DNA from: an uncultured Acidimicrobiales bacterium
GTDB taxonomy: Bacteria > Actinomycetota > Acidimicrobiia > Acidimicrobiales > SHLQ01
NCBI GenBank assembly: GCA_905479685.1
Contig: CAJQNJ010000006.1
Location: 20,111-84,110 of the forward strand
Length of the DNA stretch: 64,000 bases
Reading direction: 5' to 3'
Both the position numbers and the translations under genes were made by a program. This document shows positions 18,538 to 27,560 of the stretch, piece after piece (positions within the stretch are counted from its first letter, which is position 1; each line of letters starts with the position of its first letter). The notes beneath the pieces are model-generated. The model did not search any database. It saw only the letters and a list, made by a program, of their open reading frames with translations, and was not told where the DNA came from.

Positions 18538-19823
18538 CTCTGACCAGCCGATCCATGTGGGTGGAGGTGGTCATGATCAGCGTGTTCGTTCGCCACGTGG
18601 TGCCCCGTCGAGTGATCGTATCGCTCGTGGTGTTGTCGCAGAAGATCGATCCCGTAGTCGCCTCCGTTCGGGGTACGAACCACCGAATGCACGTGATGAC
18701 GGGTGCGCATGTCATTGTCGAACACGATCCCCTCCAGGTGATCGAACTCGATGAGAATCACCGGACTCTGCACGCGGTAGTAGAAGGGGCCGTCGCCGGT
18801 CGAACCCATCCAGGCGAACCAGGTTTCATCGAGGTGAGCATCGACCTCGTCCATCTTCACGTCTGCATGACCATTGCGAGTCCACCCGACGTAGGTGCTG
18901 ACGAGGGTTCGGAGCAAGCGACGTTGCGCATCGTCGAGGTCGGTCGCTTGGACACCCTCGGTTTCTATCACGGCGTTGTCCATGAAGGCGCTGGCCTGCA
19001 TCAACGGGTCAAATGGCCCGCGCAGCTCGGCTGGGAGATCGCTGGGCTGAATCGATGGTCGAAGAAGTGCTTTCGCGGTCTGGCTGGCATCGAGTGCACG
19101 TATCAGATCGAGTCCTCTTGCCTCCTCCTTGTCGAAGACGGAGGTTCCCGCATACGGACCCGCATCCACGCGACACGGTTCGGATCCCATGAACGTGGGC
19201 GTCATCACGAGTTGGTCGCCAATGATCACACAATTGATGTTCAGATGGTGGCCATCGAACTGCCAGCCCCACGGCTCTTCGCTTCCCGGGTTGCCGAAGA
19301 TCGATACGAAATACGGCCATTCGCCGTACTCGTCTGGTCGGCCCGAGACGATCGCCAACAGCTCGTTGAGACGCATGATGTCTCGAGCCTGCGAGAACCC
19401 GTGAGCTGACAATGTGGTTCGAAGAAGATCGAGGCCACGCTGTCGGCCCTCGGTCGACAGTTGTTCGAGCATCACTCCATGTCGGAAGAAGTTCATGTGT
19501 ACGTTGACCCACGACCGCCAATGATTCGAGTCGAGCGAAAACTGGCATCGTTCTCGTTGCTCGATGCTGAGTCCATCCAAGAAGCCGAGCGCAGCTTCGG
19601 CGATCGGCGCCGTACTGACGCCGGTGGGGCTCAGGGTGAAGAGGCCCGCCCGAGTGGTGCCATCGGTCGTGATCCCGGTGAAGGGCTCCCGATGAAGCTC
19701 GCGACGCCGCTCCACCACTGGCTGTAGCGGACCCGGGATCGCATCGACGCGGGATCGAGCTGACATCGGCGGGCTGTTGCGAAGGCCAAAGCTGTTCCAG
19801 TGCGTCATGCCTTCTTTCACCAT
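18534..19823 (-). CDS. DUF3500 domain protein with a His-rich C-terminal tail
   Basis: The WGWQFDGHHLNINC block is typical of DUF3500 as I remember it. I trimmed the start to the ATG at 19823, which overlaps the upstream stop; the longest ORF (to 20141) runs deep into the Ldh2 gene. Confidence 0.6.
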   Translation of the reverse strand: MVKEGMTHWNSFGLRNSPPMSARSRVDAIPGPLQPVVERRRELHREPFTGITTDGTTRAGLFTLSPTGVSTAPIAEAALGFLDGLSIEQRERCQFSLDSNHWRSWVNVHMNFFRHGVMLEQLSTEGRQRGLDLLRTTLSAHGFSQARDIMRLNELLAIVSGRPDEYGEWPYFVSIFGNPGSEEPWGWQFDGHHLNINCVIIGDQLVMTPTFMGSEPCRVDAGPYAGTSVFDKEEARGLDLIRALDASQTAKALLRPSIQPSDLPAELRGPFDPLMQASAFMDNAVIETEGVQATDLDDAQRRLLRTLVSTYVGWTRNGHADVKMDEVDAHLDETWFAWMGSTGDGPFYYRVQSPVILIEFDHLEGIVFDNDMRTRHHVHSVVRTPNGGDYGIDLLRQHHERYDHSTGHHVANEHADHDHLHPHGSAGQR

Positions 19824-20914
19824 GGCACCGCCACTCCGAGCTGCTCGCTCACGTTCTCCAGGTCCTGACGTACAGGTTTGGTGATCGGGATTCCCAACTC
19901 GGTATTCTCCCGCTGCGCGATCTCCTCTGGTTCTCCGGGAATGAAGATCCGGTCGTGACCCTGCGACTTCTTCGCACCACGCACGATGTCGAATGTCTCC
20001 TCCATCGACTGGTGTGTGTCCTCGACAGGACGAAAACCATCCAGCCGAATCGCTCCCATGAAGTGACTCATCGCCGCGGCAGATTCTCCGGAGGCCCCTG
20101 CAATTCGATCGCTGAGTGGTGTCCCACTCAAGGCGCCACACACGAGTTCCACCATCAGACTGAGCCCGAATCCCTTGTGACCACCAGAGTCGTCCCCTTC
20201 CCCGCCGAGCGGAAGCAGTGGAGAATCGAAGGACAACACACCTCGCTCGTCGAGCATCGGCTCACCGGTCTGGCGGGTGACCCAGCTGTCCGGAACGGGC
20301 CGGCCCTCGCGTAGCGCCGTCTCGATCTTGCCCACTGCGACAGCCGAAGTCGCCATGTCGAGTACGAAGTCGGTCTCATTTGGTCGACCGCCCAAGGCGA
20401 CGGAGAGTGGATTGGTGCCCAGAATTGACTCAGCTCCAAACGTCGGTGTCACCCGGCGTCCGCTGTTCGACATGCTGATACCCAGGCAGTTGCGCGCCAT
20501 CGCGCGTTCGGCCCAGTAGCCGGCAAAACCGAAGTGATTGCTGTTGGCAACCGCGATGAATCCCGAACCGAATTCCTCGGCAAGCTCGATCGCACGATCC
20601 ATTGCAACCGCGCTGGCAACAATACCGAGCCCGTTGTCTGCATCGAGCAAGCCCGTCGTGTCAGAACCCAGGGTCATTGCAAATTGCGGATTGGGATTGA
20701 GCGTGCCCCGCTCGACGCGGACCATGAAATAGCCGATTCGGGCAACGCCGTGGCTTCGCACGCCACGCAGATCGGCAGCGACGAGCACGTCGGCCACCAG
20801 TTCCGCGTCCGTTGCCGGGAAGCCAGCAGCGACGAAGACGTCGCAGGCGAAATGGCGCGCGTCGACGTGTTGGACCCGCAGCGTGTCGCTCGGTAACGGC
20901 GCTGACTCCACCAA
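19817..20914 (-). CDS. Ldh family (malate/L-lactate dehydrogenase type 2) oxidoreductase
   Basis: Length and blocks (LRGVRSHGVARIGYF, NHFGFAGYW, GGHKGFGLS) are typical of the Ldh_2 family, which includes ureidoglycolate, sulfolactate and piperideine-carboxylate dehydrogenases. Confidence 0.8.
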   Translation of the reverse strand: MVESAPLPSDTLRVQHVDARHFACDVFVAAGFPATDAELVADVLVAADLRGVRSHGVARIGYFMVRVERGTLNPNPQFAMTLGSDTTGLLDADNGLGIVASAVAMDRAIELAEEFGSGFIAVANSNHFGFAGYWAERAMARNCLGISMSNSGRRVTPTFGAESILGTNPLSVALGGRPNETDFVLDMATSAVAVGKIETALREGRPVPDSWVTRQTGEPMLDERGVLSFDSPLLPLGGEGDDSGGHKGFGLSLMVELVCGALSGTPLSDRIAGASGESAAAMSHFMGAIRLDGFRPVEDTHQSMEETFDIVRGAKKSQGHDRIFIPGEPEEIAQRENTELGIPITKPVRQDLENVSEQLGVAVPW

Positions 20915-21009
20915 AGCAGCCTCCTTGCATCAGCTGATCACCCGGTGCGATCGTTCAGATCATATATCTAGTGAGATGACGGCTCACGTGCCAGGCGCCG
21001 CCGAGGCTG

Positions 21010-21651
21010 ATGGACGTTCGATACCCTCGCCACATGAACGAGTCGAGTGACATGAATCGGTGGACCGAGATCATCGCCAAAGATCCGGGGCATTCTCAGC
21101 GCTACATCGAACGCTTCGAGAAGATGGAAGCTGAAGGTCGCGACCTCGATGGTGAGGCTCGGCTCATCGATGCCATCACCGGTCGAGAGAGTCGCATTCT
21201 CGACGCCGGCTGTGGCCCAGGGCGCGTCGGTGCGAAGTTGGCGGGCCTTGGCCACATCGTTGTCGGAGTTGATCTCGATCCCGTACTGATCGCCGCCGCG
21301 AAGGCAAAACATCCTGGGGCGACCTGGGTCGTTGGAGATCTCTCCAAGATTGATCTCGCTGGAGCCGAGGTGGGTGGGTCAATCGATGTCCTGGTGTGTG
21401 CCGGCAACGTGATGCGCTTTCTGGCGCCCGATAACCGACAAGCGGTCCTGATGAATTTCCGACGTTCTCTCGCACCTTCTGGACGCGCCGTACTCGGCTT
21501 TGGTTCGGGTGGAGGTGAGTACGAATTCGATGACTACCGTGCCGATGTTTCCGCAGCGGGCCTGGTCATCGATGCACAGTTCTCGAGCTGGGACCTACGG
21601 CCGGTTGCGAGCGACCCGGGCTTCCTGATCTCGTTTCTGAGCGTGGCGTAG
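21010..21651 (+). CDS. class I SAM-dependent methyltransferase
   Basis: ILDAGCGPGRVG motif I followed by VVGVDLD. Confidence 0.8.
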   Translation: MDVRYPRHMNESSDMNRWTEIIAKDPGHSQRYIERFEKMEAEGRDLDGEARLIDAITGRESRILDAGCGPGRVGAKLAGLGHIVVGVDLDPVLIAAAKAKHPGATWVVGDLSKIDLAGAEVGGSIDVLVCAGNVMRFLAPDNRQAVLMNFRRSLAPSGRAVLGFGSGGGEYEFDDYRADVSAAGLVIDAQFSSWDLRPVASDPGFLISFLSVA

Positions 21652-21708
21652 GCCAAGCAACAACCATTCGGCCAGCGGGCATGCGTCCAAGTTCTGCGAT
21701 CTACAGCT

Positions 21709-22968
21709 TCAGTCGGGAAGCATCGGCACACTCAATCCCATGTCACGACCGACAGTGTTCGCTCGCCCGATCGAGGACGAACCGAACTTGTCTCGCACAC
21801 CATCGAGCGCCGCGTCGAGCTCGGTGCCGTCTGAAAAGGCGAGCTCGGAGAACGGAAGCGCCAGCTGCACCGCGTCGGCGTCGGAGAGGTTGGTGATCGA
21901 CAATCCGAGCAGGGTGATGCCCTTCTCGGCGATCGTCGGCGCCATCGAGTCAAGAAGGCGATCGCACGCTCCAAGAATCAGGGACGTGTCAGCGGTCGAC
22001 TCGGGCAACGTGTACGACCGAGTCGACCGGGTGTAGTCGTCAAAGCGGAACCGAACAACGACCGTTCGCCCCACTCGGTCGGATTGACGCAGTCGATGGG
22101 TCACTCGATCGACGATCCCTCGAAGAATGGCATCGAGTTCCCCCGGTTTCTTCGGTTTACGTCCAAGCGCACGTTGTGACCCGATCGAGGAACGGCGTTT
22201 GCCGACCACCACCGATCGAGGGTCACGATTGTGCGCCAGTGCATGCAGCTTTCGACCAGTGGCGACGCCAACCAGCCCGATGAGCGTGTCGAGTGGGAGG
22301 TCCGCTACCTCGCCGACCGTGGACAACTCGACGGCCCTCAGTTTCTCCGCCGTCACGTTGCCGACACCCCACAGTCGCTCCACCGGCAACGGACGCAAGA
22401 ACTCGAGCTCGCCGTTCGGATCTACGACGAGCAGTCCATCGGGTTTCGCGACACCGCTCGCCACCTTGGCGAGAAACTTCGTGCGAGCAATACCAACCGT
22501 GATGTTGAGTCCGACCTCTTCGGCGACCCGTTCCCGAAGCCGGGTGGCGATCTGTTGGGGGGTTCCCGAAATTCTCGCTAGCCCACCGACATCGAGGAAG
22601 GCTTCGTCGATCGACAATCCCTCCACCAATGGGGTGGTGTCGTCGAAGACGTCGAACACCGCCTTGCTCGCATCGGAATAGGCCTCCATGCGCGGAGGAA
22701 CCACGATGGCCTGCGGGCACAAATCACGCGCCTGACCGCCGGTCATCGCTGTGCGCACACCGAATGCTTTCGCCTCGTAACTCGCCGCAAGAACAACCCC
22801 ACCACCAACGAGGACCGGCTGTCCACGCAACTCGGGCGCGTCGCGCTGTTCGACCGATGCGTAGAACGCATCGAGGTCGGCGTGGAGTATCGATGCCGTC
22901 GTGCGCTCATACGATGTGGACACGAACATATGTTCGCATTGATTGCGTCCGCTGTAAACAACGGTCAC
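21709..22968 (-). CDS. dinB: DNA polymerase IV (Y-family)
   Basis: ILHADLDAFYASVEQ, SIDEAFLDV, and a little-finger region. The true start may be the ATG at 22929. Confidence 0.9.
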   Translation of the reverse strand: MTVVYSGRNQCEHMFVSTSYERTTASILHADLDAFYASVEQRDAPELRGQPVLVGGGVVLAASYEAKAFGVRTAMTGGQARDLCPQAIVVPPRMEAYSDASKAVFDVFDDTTPLVEGLSIDEAFLDVGGLARISGTPQQIATRLRERVAEEVGLNITVGIARTKFLAKVASGVAKPDGLLVVDPNGELEFLRPLPVERLWGVGNVTAEKLRAVELSTVGEVADLPLDTLIGLVGVATGRKLHALAHNRDPRSVVVGKRRSSIGSQRALGRKPKKPGELDAILRGIVDRVTHRLRQSDRVGRTVVVRFRFDDYTRSTRSYTLPESTADTSLILGACDRLLDSMAPTIAEKGITLLGLSITNLSDADAVQLALPFSELAFSDGTELDAALDGVRDKFGSSSIGRANTVGRDMGLSVPMLPD

Positions 22969-23056
22969 GCGTTGAGCATCACGCGTTACAGACCCGTGAC
23001 ACTTCTTCGATACAAGCCGATTCGCCTAAAGAAAACTGCAACGGTCGGCCGAAGAC

Positions 23057-23473
23057 GTGATCGTGCTTGGTACCCGATCCCCACGAACGATCGCCTCGGT
23101 CAACTCGGGGCTGGCGACTGCCTCGGAGCTGGATCTCGAACTGTTCGACATCCTCTACGGCCGGAGCGCGCACGAGTTGATCACGTTCTTCTATCGTCGC
23201 ACTCGAAATCCTGATGCAGCGGCGGAGCTCCTCGCCGAGACCTTCGCGGTCGGTGTGCTTCGTCGACGCAGCGACCCTGACCTTTCCGTGAACGAACCCG
23301 AGTGGTTACGGAACATCGCGAAGCTCCAGTTGTCCCGATACTTCCGCAAGCTCGAGGTCGAACTCGTGGCCGTGAATCGCCTCGGGATGGAGATCCCGAG
23401 GCTCACAGACACAGAGATCGTTGTTCTCGAGGCGGAGATCTACGAGGAGCGAAACATCCGACTGGGCGGCTGA
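23057..23473 (+). CDS. sigma-70 region-2-like protein (short; possible ECF sigma remnant)
   Basis: LITFFYRRTRNPDAAAELLAETF resembles ECF region 2. I saw no convincing region-4 HTH, and the protein is only 138 aa. Confidence 0.3.
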   Translation: MIVLGTRSPRTIASVNSGLATASELDLELFDILYGRSAHELITFFYRRTRNPDAAAELLAETFAVGVLRRRSDPDLSVNEPEWLRNIAKLQLSRYFRKLEVELVAVNRLGMEIPRLTDTEIVVLEAEIYEERNIRLGG

Positions 23474-23570
23474 ACATCGCGGTGTCAACGCGGAGTCAGA
23501 GGCGACTGCATGGGAGTTACTTGTCGGGTGTCGAACCACCGGGTGAAAACCCAAGCCAGATCGAAGGGAA

Positions 23571-24170
23571 CTACGCGTCCCGATGACTCTCCGGGCCCTT
23601 GGTCCTGGCTGCCTCGAGATCGGTCATCGCCGCCCGCAGTTCATCGATCCACCGTGCCTCGTTCTCGGCGACAAGACGCACACACCACGCCATCGCTTCG
23701 CTACGTGAACGAGCAACGCCTGCGTCGATGAGCGTGTCGAGAAGTTGGCGGTCCTCGAGATGGAGACGGGTCATCACCGGGACGCTCGCCCTGGTGAATG
23801 ACCGATGTTCGTCACCGCACCGAACCGCCCACGAAACAGATCGCTCGAATTGTTGTTCAGCGCGCTGAGCGATCGAAATCCGGTGATCTCGAGTGTCTTC
23901 ACGGAATGCCGCGATTCGCGTTTCGGCAGCAAGCGCGCCGTCGTCGCCATCTGCGAGCTTTGGCATGACGAGCGATCCTGTGACGACGATCTCGTCGCGA
24001 TCGAAGATGACTTCGACCGGATCGGAGAACCAATCATCGGGCAACGAGCCGGCGAACCAGGCCCGAAGCTCCTCTCGGCTTGTGGTTGGTGGTGCCGGCT
24101 GGCGGCGACCTCTTCCTCGGGGACCTCGTTGTGGTCCAGACTGTTTCTGCATGGGGTTTAGTGTAATCAT
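23571..24170 (-). CDS. hypothetical protein with a C-terminal ribbon-helix-helix (CopG-like) DNA-binding domain
   Basis: The C-terminus VMTRLHLEDRQLLDTLIDAGVARSRSEAMAWCVRLV has a strand-helix-helix pattern. The N-terminus is Arg/Gly-rich. An alternative start exists at Met7. Confidence 0.5.
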   Translation of the reverse strand: MITLNPMQKQSGPQRGPRGRGRRQPAPPTTSREELRAWFAGSLPDDWFSDPVEVIFDRDEIVVTGSLVMPKLADGDDGALAAETRIAAFREDTRDHRISIAQRAEQQFERSVSWAVRCGDEHRSFTRASVPVMTRLHLEDRQLLDTLIDAGVARSRSEAMAWCVRLVAENEARWIDELRAAMTDLEAARTKGPESHRDA

Positions 24171-24178
24171 GATTACAC
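24161..24178. promoter_or_regulatory. perfect 18-bp palindrome GTGTAATCATGATTACAC
   Basis: Self-complementary over all 18 nt. It is centred on the ATG (24170-24168, minus) of the RHH-domain gene. Confidence 0.5.
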
Positions 24179-24192
24179 GTAACTTCTATTAC

Positions 24193-25068
24193 TTACCGAT
24201 TATTCCCATTTGATTGCCACCTCGTCAACATGTCCAGGACCAGGGATTTCGCGCTGCCATCCGCGCTGATCAGGCCGAGATGATCGACCGGAGCGACCGA
24301 CGGGTCGCCCCCAGCACTCGGTCCCAGGGTGTACTTCGCCGGAACCGTGTCATCGTCTGCCCCGGTGATGACGAGCACGGCGCCGTCGGCTCCCGCGCTC
24401 GCCACGCGGTACCGATCGGCAACGTCTTGTGGTTGTCCCCCGAGCAACTTCGCGACCGCGTCGTTTCCAAGTCCATCTGTGGCAGCCAATTGAAGATCTC
24501 GGATTGGTGCCAGACCGATGACCAATGACGGAAGAATGATCGGGTCGGCGCCGGGATCACCGGGCCGAAGAGCATCTCTACCCCCTGCCCAGATCGCCAA
24601 GTGTCCCCCCGCTGAATGCCCGAGTACCGCCACCCGATCTGCGTCGAGCCCGTAGCTACCAGAGAGAACAGATACGTGATCAACTGCCGCTGCCACATGG
24701 TTGAATGTGTGCGGCCACCCACCGCTACGTTCGCCGACGCGACCGTATTCGATGTTCCACACCGCAAACCCAGAGTCGAACACGACTTCGGCCAGTGGTG
24801 ACATCAACGAGCGGTTGCCGCCTTGACGATTCCAGAAGCCTCCATGAATCATCACCACCACCGGCAATGATGTGGAGTTCGTCTCTGGAACCCACAACTC
24901 GCCGAACTGACTCGGCGCCGGCCCATAGGTGATCAGTTCGCCTCGCACTTCTCCGTTCTTCAAAGGTCCAGCGCCAGTATCCGCAGCGCCATATGTGAGA
25001 CAAAGAATGCCAAGTGCAAGTACCAACACGGTCACGAACGGCGCAACACGGTGCCCGCTTCGCAACAT
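24193..25068 (-). CDS. alpha/beta hydrolase (esterase/lipase-like), membrane-anchored or secreted
   Basis: N-terminal hydrophobic segment, HGGFW oxyanion motif, and GHSAGGHLA (GxSxG). Confidence 0.8.
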   Translation of the reverse strand: MLRSGHRVAPFVTVLVLALGILCLTYGAADTGAGPLKNGEVRGELITYGPAPSQFGELWVPETNSTSLPVVVMIHGGFWNRQGGNRSLMSPLAEVVFDSGFAVWNIEYGRVGERSGGWPHTFNHVAAAVDHVSVLSGSYGLDADRVAVLGHSAGGHLAIWAGGRDALRPGDPGADPIILPSLVIGLAPIRDLQLAATDGLGNDAVAKLLGGQPQDVADRYRVASAGADGAVLVITGADDDTVPAKYTLGPSAGGDPSVAPVDHLGLISADGSAKSLVLDMLTRWQSNGNNR

Positions 25069-25076
25069 TGGATCGA

Positions 25077-25454
25077 TCAGAGAATCCCGGCTTCGCGAAT
25101 CGTTGCGGCGTCGACTCCCATTTGTTTGAATGCAGCCCTGCTGATGCCTTTGGATTCTGAGTATCGACGCGCTGCTTCGACGAAGGCCGCCCGCAACTCG
25201 CTTCCATCGACCTGCTCCCCCATGGCCTCGAGTTCAGCAGCCAAGTCCATCTGTTCCTGGTACATGTTCAACCGCGCAAGAGGTGATGCAGACTCGAGTT
25301 CGGATTCGATGATCAAGAGGCGCTGTTTGATGCCCTCTTCTGTGCGGCGACGGCCTCGTTTTGGACGGTTGTCCTCGAGGAATTCGAGGTACCCCTTCAC
25401 GGCTCGTGCATCGTTTCTACCCTGAGCCAACTTCGCCTTGTGTGCTTCATCCAT
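25077..25454 (-). CDS. hypothetical protein (helical, charged)
   Basis: ATG at 25454 preceded by GGAGGG. Coding-like GC3. No domain recognised. Confidence 0.45.
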   Translation of the reverse strand: MDEAHKAKLAQGRNDARAVKGYLEFLEDNRPKRGRRRTEEGIKQRLLIIESELESASPLARLNMYQEQMDLAAELEAMGEQVDGSELRAAFVEAARRYSESKGISRAAFKQMGVDAATIREAGIL

Positions 25455-25571
25455 GTCGACAACCCTCCGAGTGATTGATCGTATACAAGCCAACACCGGA
25501 ACAAGGACGTGATCAAAGCCTTCGAGATTTCTCCACTGGCACAGGCCGCTGATGCGGACCGCCGACTCGGA

Positions 25572-26510
25572 ATGCGCAAGTCTGTGGAGGTGGAAGGACT
25601 CTTCGAATCGTTCTCACGGCGCGAATGGTCCGCCCTTCGCGCCGCGACCCCATTGACCCTCTCGAAAGGCGACCTCGAATCCCTCCGTGGAATCAACGAA
25701 GAACTCGACATGATCGAGGTCGAGGAGGTCTACCTTCCGCTCTCCCGCCTACTCAATCTGCACATCCTCGCGACCCAACAACTCTCAGCGGTCACTGACA
25801 CCTTTCTTTCGACCGCTCCGGCGCCCGTCCCCTACATCATTGGAATTGGCGGCAGCGTTGCCGTCGGGAAGAGCACAACTGCTCGTGTGATGCAATCGCT
25901 GCTCTCCCATTGGCCGACGCACCCCAAGGTAGATTTGATCACCACAGATGGCTTCTTGTTCCCAAACAGTGAGCTGACCAGGCTCGGTTTGATGGCCCGA
26001 AAAGGTTTTCCCGAGAGTTACAACACTCCTGCACTCATCGAGTTGTTGCGAAGGCTGAAGTCGGGAGCCAAATCCGTCACAGCGCCCGTCTACTCACACC
26101 TCACCTATGACATCGTCCCAGACCAAGAGGTCGTCGTCGAACAACCAGATGTCCTGATCGTCGAAGGGCTCAATGTCCTGCAAGGCAACGGCACGTCAAA
26201 CAACCAATTCGTGTCTGACTTCTTCGATTTTTCGATCTATGTGGACGCCGACGAAGCCACCATCAAGTCATGGTATGTCGAGCGATTCCTGACGCTCCGA
26301 GACTCAGTATTTCAAAATCCGGACTCGTACTTCCGGAACTATGCCGACCTCAGTGTCGAAGATGCCACCACCATTGCATCTGGCATCTGGGACGAGATCA
26401 ATGCCCCGAACCTTGCGCTGAACATCGCTCCAACGCGCCAGCGATCACGGTGCATCCTCACCAAGGGTGACAACCACCGAGTGGAGAAGGTCCAAATCCA
26501 GAAGTCCTGA
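25572..26510 (+). CDS. coaA: type I pantothenate kinase
   Basis: GIGGSVAVGKSTTARV P-loop and EVYLPLSRLLN. The ATG at 25572 gives 312 aa, typical for CoaA; the longest ORF starts at GTG 25509. Confidence 0.9.
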   Translation: MRKSVEVEGLFESFSRREWSALRAATPLTLSKGDLESLRGINEELDMIEVEEVYLPLSRLLNLHILATQQLSAVTDTFLSTAPAPVPYIIGIGGSVAVGKSTTARVMQSLLSHWPTHPKVDLITTDGFLFPNSELTRLGLMARKGFPESYNTPALIELLRRLKSGAKSVTAPVYSHLTYDIVPDQEVVVEQPDVLIVEGLNVLQGNGTSNNQFVSDFFDFSIYVDADEATIKSWYVERFLTLRDSVFQNPDSYFRNYADLSVEDATTIASGIWDEINAPNLALNIAPTRQRSRCILTKGDNHRVEKVQIQKS

Positions 26511-27560
26511 TCAACCGAGCAGGCGCGGAAGGCGCAGGAGCAACGCAGTGAGCCACAGCTCTTCATTCGGATTCCGGTCGAGAACATCAGCAGCGTCCCT
26601 GAGCGTGTCGAACACCGCAAGATCCGCACCGGGAGATCCGAGATGTTCGCGATACCGATGCGCCAAGGTCGCCAAACCCATCCGCCACTCGTCGGTTCGA
26701 TGCAGCCGCGCCTCACGTTTGTGCCGTGCCTCCATGGCCCGTCGACCAGATCCGCGCGTGCCGGTGAGTTCCTCGGTCTGATCCATTGCGATCACGTCGA
26801 GCTCGTGTCGAGCGTCGAGCGGGGCCTGCGCCTCGTCGACTGCGTCACGAATCACCATGACGATTTCGCTCACTGCATAGCCAGACCCGTCCAGCTGTGT
26901 CGGAGCGTTCCACCACAACCCGCGGCGGGCTGCGAATGCCTCATCGGACACCAACAGCTCGGCGCGGCCCACATCCCCACCTGATCCGCGAGCTGCAGCG
27001 TCTGCGGTTTCGGGATCGATACCGCGCCTGACGAGTGCTTCAGCGATCGACCCGATCGGTACCGAGGGAAAATCGATTCGTGTCGATCGGGACGCGATGG
27101 TGACATGCTCGGGAGGAACCTCCTCACTCAACAAGACGAACACGATTGCGCCAGCGGGTTCCTCAATCGGTTTCAGGAGCTTCGCTGCTGCCTCGCCCGT
27201 GGCATCGTGGAAGCGATCGATCAGGATGACCTTGTAACCCGCCTCGGTTGCGGAACGTGAAGCTTCAACCACCACCGCCTCGGCTTCCTCGACTCGAAAC
27301 GAGTTCCCTTCCGGCTCGAAGATCACGAGGTCGGGGTGCTCTTCGCGAGCAGCGAGGTCACGGTTTCTGGCGCGGTCATCATCATCTCCAACCAGTTCGC
27401 CAGCGAATCGTGCTGCGGCCCGCCTTTTTCCCGACCCACGAGGACCAACGAAGAGGTACGCATGAACGGGTGCGTGTATCGCCGAGCGCAGCTGTTCGAC
27501 CGCACGCTGCTGGCCAACGATCGCGTCGAATGGGTCCATCACCGGTGCATCCAACGTCAC
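26511..27560 (-). CDS. holB: DNA polymerase III subunit delta'
   Basis: IVGQQRAVEQL ... HAYLFVGPRGSGKR clamp-loader AAA+ N-terminus. Coupled to the upstream tmk. Confidence 0.85.
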   Translation of the reverse strand: MTLDAPVMDPFDAIVGQQRAVEQLRSAIHAPVHAYLFVGPRGSGKRRAAARFAGELVGDDDDRARNRDLAAREEHPDLVIFEPEGNSFRVEEAEAVVVEASRSATEAGYKVILIDRFHDATGEAAAKLLKPIEEPAGAIVFVLLSEEVPPEHVTIASRSTRIDFPSVPIGSIAEALVRRGIDPETADAAARGSGGDVGRAELLVSDEAFAARRGLWWNAPTQLDGSGYAVSEIVMVIRDAVDEAQAPLDARHELDVIAMDQTEELTGTRGSGRRAMEARHKREARLHRTDEWRMGLATLAHRYREHLGSPGADLAVFDTLRDAADVLDRNPNEELWLTALLLRLPRLLG

